Source: a virus (taxonomy: Duplodnaviria; Heunggongvirae; Uroviricota; Caudoviricetes). From it: a stretch of 27,511 nt of DNA. Of this stretch, positions 26,073 to 27,511 are shown piece after piece. The stretch lies in the IMG/VR virus record IMGVR_UViG_2537562015_000010, one strand, 5' to 3'. Within the stretch, counting starts at the first letter, position 1. The number at the start of each line of letters is the position of its first letter. A program made the translations under genes and the position numbers. The notes beneath the pieces are model-generated. The model had not been told where the DNA came from and searched no databases. It saw nothing but the letters and a program-made list of their open reading frames with translations.

Positions 26073-26104
26073 TTTGGGGTATTTCTTGCGACGGATGCCC
26101 CAAA
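26073..26104. promoter_or_regulatory. Candidate operator in the cox-C intergenic switch region
   Basis: Inverted repeat TTTGGGG (26073-26079) / CCCCAAA (26098-26104) with an 18-bp spacer, in the 95-bp divergent intergenic region where the P2 Pe/Pc promoters lie. Confidence 0.3.
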
Positions 26105-26152
26105 TCAAACTCATTTGTATAAACATTAATACAGACGTTGGAGAATTGCAAC

Positions 26153-26455
26153 ATGCGTATGACTATTGGAGAGCGCATAAAAATCATGCGTGAAAGCGAG
26201 AGACTTACTAGCCTCCCGGATACAGCAAAAATGCTTGGTTTAAACCGTGATGCTCTGTGGAGATATGAAAGCGGTAAAACTATCCCTAATGCTGAAGTAA
26301 TTGAGCAAATACTAAACAACCCCAGATTTGAGAAATATGCGTTGTGGTTTATGACTGGGAAAATTGCGCCTGAATCCGGGCAGATAGCTCCGGCTCTCGC
26401 ACACTATGGGCAAGAGCCAACGGACTTACCCCCATCCGAAAGGAAAATTGGCTAA
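26153..26455 (+). CDS. C: Immunity repressor, P2 C-like
   Basis: FEKYALWFMTGKIAPESGQIAPALAHYGQ matches P2 C (FTKYTLWFMTNQIAPESGQIAPALAHFGQ); preferred start ATG 26153 (alternative 26159; the ORF track begins at TTG 26138). Confidence 0.85.
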   Translation: MRMTIGERIKIMRESERLTSLPDTAKMLGLNRDALWRYESGKTIPNAEVIEQILNNPRFEKYALWFMTGKIAPESGQIAPALAHYGQEPTDLPPSERKIG

Positions 26456-26521
26456 CCCTTTATTATTCTTACGTTTTACAAACTGGAAATGTCTTTCCTC
26501 GTTTCACCGGAGGGCTTGCCA

Positions 26522-27511
26522 ATGGCAATTAAAGCGCTCGATGGTGGACGGTATAAAGTGGATGTTAGACCGCGTGGCCGAAGTGGACGTCGGATTCAGC
26601 GGATTTTTAAGAAAAAGGCAGATGCAGTGGCCTTTGAGCGTTATGTTCTCAGCCACATGCACGATAAGGAATGGCTTGAAAAGCCAACAGAGCAACGTCA
26701 TCTCTCAGATCTGCTTCCGTTATGGTGGGAATTGGGTGGACGCAATAAGCCATATGCTAACGGCGTTCTAACCAGGTTGAAAAAAATCATCAAAGAAATG
26801 AATGATCCAAGGGTTAGCCAGATTAATGCTCGTTTCATGGCCGCTTATCGAAGCTCCCGTTTATCCTTGGGAGTAAAAGAGTCTACTGTTCGGCGTGATG
26901 AGTCGGATCTCGGAGGAATGTTTACACTCCTGGCAAATGCCGGGGAATTTCACGGAGAAAATCCGCTCCGCGCCCTCCCCTCTTTGAAACGAAAATCACC
27001 CGAAATGACGTATCTCACCACGGAAGAAATCGCCAAATTACTGGATGCAGTAAGCGGTGATGCTCGGCGGATTACGCTGCTTTGTCTCAGTACTGGTGCG
27101 AGATGGGGAGAAGCGAAAAATCTGCGCGCGGAACACATCATCAATAACCGCGTGACGTTTAACAAAACTAAAAACGGAAAAGTTCGAATTATTCCTGTCT
27201 CTGATGAAGTTGTTAGTGAGATCAAAACAAAGAAATCCGGCCTTTTGTTTGACGTCAATTATGAGGAATATCGCAAGGTGCTTCGCAGTGTTAAGCCTGA
27301 CCTACCGAAAGGGCAGGCTGTACATGTTCTACGCCATACCTTTGCAGCTCACTTTATGATTAATGGAGGAAATATACTTACGCTCCAGCGAATTATGGGG
27401 CACGCCACGATCCAGCAAACTATGACCTATGCGCACCTCGCTCCTGATTTCCTCCAGGATGCAATTTCACTTAATCCGTTAAAAGGAGGTATCCACATTT
27501 CATCCACATAA
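26522..27511 (+). CDS. int: Tyrosine integrase, P2 Int-like
   Basis: MAIKALDGGRYKVDVRPRGR..., ITLLCLSTGARWGEA and HVLRHTFAAHFMINGGNILTLQRIMGH...YAH align with P2 Int; ATG at 26522 preceded by GGAGGG; stop TAA at 27509-27511. Confidence 0.9.
   Translation: MAIKALDGGRYKVDVRPRGRSGRRIQRIFKKKADAVAFERYVLSHMHDKEWLEKPTEQRHLSDLLPLWWELGGRNKPYANGVLTRLKKIIKEMNDPRVSQINARFMAAYRSSRLSLGVKESTVRRDESDLGGMFTLLANAGEFHGENPLRALPSLKRKSPEMTYLTTEEIAKLLDAVSGDARRITLLCLSTGARWGEAKNLRAEHIINNRVTFNKTKNGKVRIIPVSDEVVSEIKTKKSGLLFDVNYEEYRKVLRSVKPDLPKGQAVHVLRHTFAAHFMINGGNILTLQRIMGHATIQQTMTYAHLAPDFLQDAISLNPLKGGIHISST

Larger units (their letters stand above)
1..27511. mobile_element. P2-like (Peduovirus-type) prophage segment; synteny U / tfa-H-I-J-W-V-S-R-lysis-X-L-M-N-O / P-Q / cos / cargo / parMR / A / early genes / cox / C / int
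   Basis: Gene order and protein similarity to phage P2 late, packaging, replication and immunity proteins across the whole window; both window edges fall on gene boundaries (U start at nt 1, int stop at nt 27511); attL/attR not visible. Confidence 0.9.

Noticed and set aside
1-27511. CRISPR arrays, IS elements or transposases, rRNA/tRNA genes, and an att core
   Set aside because: No spaced short direct repeats, no transposase-like ORF or terminal inverted repeats, no RNA gene signatures; the integrase sits at the window edge, so any att site must lie outside.

Overview
The window is a nearly complete P2-like (Peduovirus-type) enterobacterial prophage, read here in reverse orientation relative to the canonical P2 map. 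All calls rest on reading the ORF translations and the nucleotide sequence by eye; no database search was run. Layout: tail gene U (+, starts at nt 1) converges on a long minus-strand late block (tfa, H, I, J, W, V, S, R, spanins, endolysin, holin, X, L, M, N, O); terminase P and portal Q are divergent on the plus strand; then the cos region; then an AT-rich two-gene cargo operon; then a ParM/ParR-like pair, replication initiator A, a tightly coupled string of small early genes ending in an SPFH lipoprotein, Cox, C repressor and a tyrosine integrase that ends at the window edge. The most interesting feature is the cargo operon at 15965-17375, sitting where P2 carries old/tin: a GNAT-like/ASCH-like fusion protein followed by a canonical ASCH-domain protein, which I cannot match to any named defence or toxin-antitoxin system. 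Secondary items are the actin-like partition module inside an integrative prophage, a structured leader that appears to sequester a ribosome-binding site, an unannotated 37-aa membrane peptide, and the inverted tail-gene arrangement. No att site, tRNA, CRISPR array or IS element was found.
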